From the NCBI GenBank assembly GCA_041736305.1, contig JBGSTX010000051.1, forward strand, positions 1 to 26,291: a stretch of 26,291 nt of DNA, written 5' to 3'. Source of the stretch: Oligoflexus sp. (GTDB lineage Bacteria; Bdellovibrionota_B; Oligoflexia; Oligoflexales; Oligoflexaceae). Under the pieces are notes generated by a model that was not told where the DNA came from, searched no databases, and was given only the letters and a program-made list of their open reading frames with translations. The translations under genes and the position numbers were made by a program. Below are positions 25,250 through 26,291 of the stretch, piece by piece (position 1 is the stretch's first letter; each line of letters begins with the position of its first letter).

Positions 25250-26016
25250 CTTGGCCGTCTATGAGCTTTGTAGACGGATGCCTGGTCGGTAGGCATCACA
25301 ATAATATTGTCGATGTTTACATGAGCTGGGCGGGAGCTGAGAAAGTAGACGCATTCTGCAACATCAGCCGCAGTGAGGGGAGTCAGTCCTTTATAGACTT
25401 GTGCCGCGCGAGCCTGGTCACCCCGAAAGCGAACCAGAGAAAACTCCGTTTCCACCATCCCAGGATCTACCGAACCAACTCTTATCGGTGTACCGTTGAG
25501 TTCTAGTCTCAAGGTCTGTGTGAGTGCTTTGATACTGAACTTCGATGCGCAGTAGGGGCCACCTCCTTCATAGACCTGGTGTCCAGAGATGGAGCCGATC
25601 ATAATGATATGGCCTCGGTTCTGCTCTTTGAAGTGCGGAATAAATTGGCGGCAAAGCCTCAGGACGCCGAGAACATTGGTGTCGAAGATGGTTTCCCAAT
25701 CGCTGACGCTACCAGTTTCAATTGAGTCAGCACCGAGAACAAGCCCAGCATTATTGACGAGAATATCAAGATGGCCAAAGTGTTGAAGGGCCCCTTTTGT
25801 CCAGTCACAGACCGATGCTTCCGAACGTACATCGAGCATCAAACTCAGAACGCTCCCCGCACCTAGGTCTCGCAGATGCGCTTCGATACTGTCCTTTAGA
25901 GTCTCTAAGCGTCGTGCGCCCAGCACCAGATGGCAGCCTTTACGAGCATAGGCCTCTGCGACAGCTAAACCTATGCCAGAAGAAGCTCCCGTAATGCAGA
26001 CGACCGGCTCAGTCAC
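25246..26016 (-). CDS. Short-chain dehydrogenase, YdfG-like NADP-dependent 3-hydroxy-acid dehydrogenase
   Basis: Motifs ITGASSGIG, ARR, DILVNNAG, YCASK, PGMVETEFS.VRF.GD and P.HVNI. The GTG start overlaps the upstream stop. Confidence 0.92.
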   Translation of the reverse strand: MTEPVVCITGASSGIGLAVAEAYARKGCHLVLGARRLETLKDSIEAHLRDLGAGSVLSLMLDVRSEASVCDWTKGALQHFGHLDILVNNAGLVLGADSIETGSVSDWETIFDTNVLGVLRLCRQFIPHFKEQNRGHIIMIGSISGHQVYEGGGPYCASKFSIKALTQTLRLELNGTPIRVGSVDPGMVETEFSLVRFRGDQARAAQVYKGLTPLTAADVAECVYFLSSRPAHVNIDNIIVMPTDQASVYKAHRRPS

Positions 26017-26291
26017 GAATTTTCCTCGTTTTCAGGCTTTTCGCGGGTCACAACAACTGCGCGCTCTGAGCCTTCCCCTGTCGAGTAAGAGTAGTAGCCC
26101 TCCGCAACGGCTTTCTTATGCTGGAGGCGCCGGAAGAAACTATTAGATGGATCGAGACGAATTTCGCTTAGCGATAGCTCGCCTTTGAGCCTATCAATAG
26201 CGCTATCGACGGCGTCCAAAGCGAGTCTCTCCTGCTCGACATGGTTACCTTTGCTGCCCGCCGTTAGGACCTTCTTTGGAGCACGATCTCG
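26013..26291 (-). CDS. C-terminal part of an R3H-domain (ssRNA/ssDNA-binding) protein, truncated by the window end
   Basis: The frame is open to the window edge. LDPSNSFFRRLQH...SYSTGEGSERAVVV is a typical R3H pattern (RxxxH...S.GEG..R.V). Confidence 0.8.
   Translation of the reverse strand, partial: RDRAPKKVLTAGSKGNHVEQERLALDAVDSAIDRLKGELSLSEIRLDPSNSFFRRLQHKKAVAEGYYSYSTGEGSERAVVVTREKPENEENS

Overview
This window is a roughly 50% GC chromosomal core segment with no mobile elements, rRNA, tRNA or CRISPR. Gene content suggests a Bdellovibrionota/Oligoflexia-like or deltaproteobacterial Gram-negative organism (inference). In coordinate order: partial ORF, dapB, dapA, ArgH-fold/lipoprotein ORF, outer-membrane beta-barrel, ymdB, rny, pal, mpl, LD-carboxypeptidase (dapB through LD-carboxypeptidase all on the minus strand), GT9 glycosyltransferase, DUF3050-like protein, HAD phosphatase, ClpC-type ATPase, HTH/coiled-coil protein, queA, exported M14 (MpaA-like) peptidase, LuxE-LuxC fusion, scpA-scpB-rluB, fumarylacetoacetate hydrolase, SDR and a partial R3H protein. 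Three things stand out. (1) A single-chain LuxE+LuxC fatty-acid reductase with no luciferase genes nearby. (2) An argininosuccinate-lyase-fold protein that has lost its catalytic motifs and is fused in frame to an LptM/YifL-like lipoprotein, with a possible internal start. (3) Several intact ORFs with substituted key residues: RNase Y, GT9, DUF3050 and the ClpC pore loop. All family assignments are motif recognition from memory; no database search was run.
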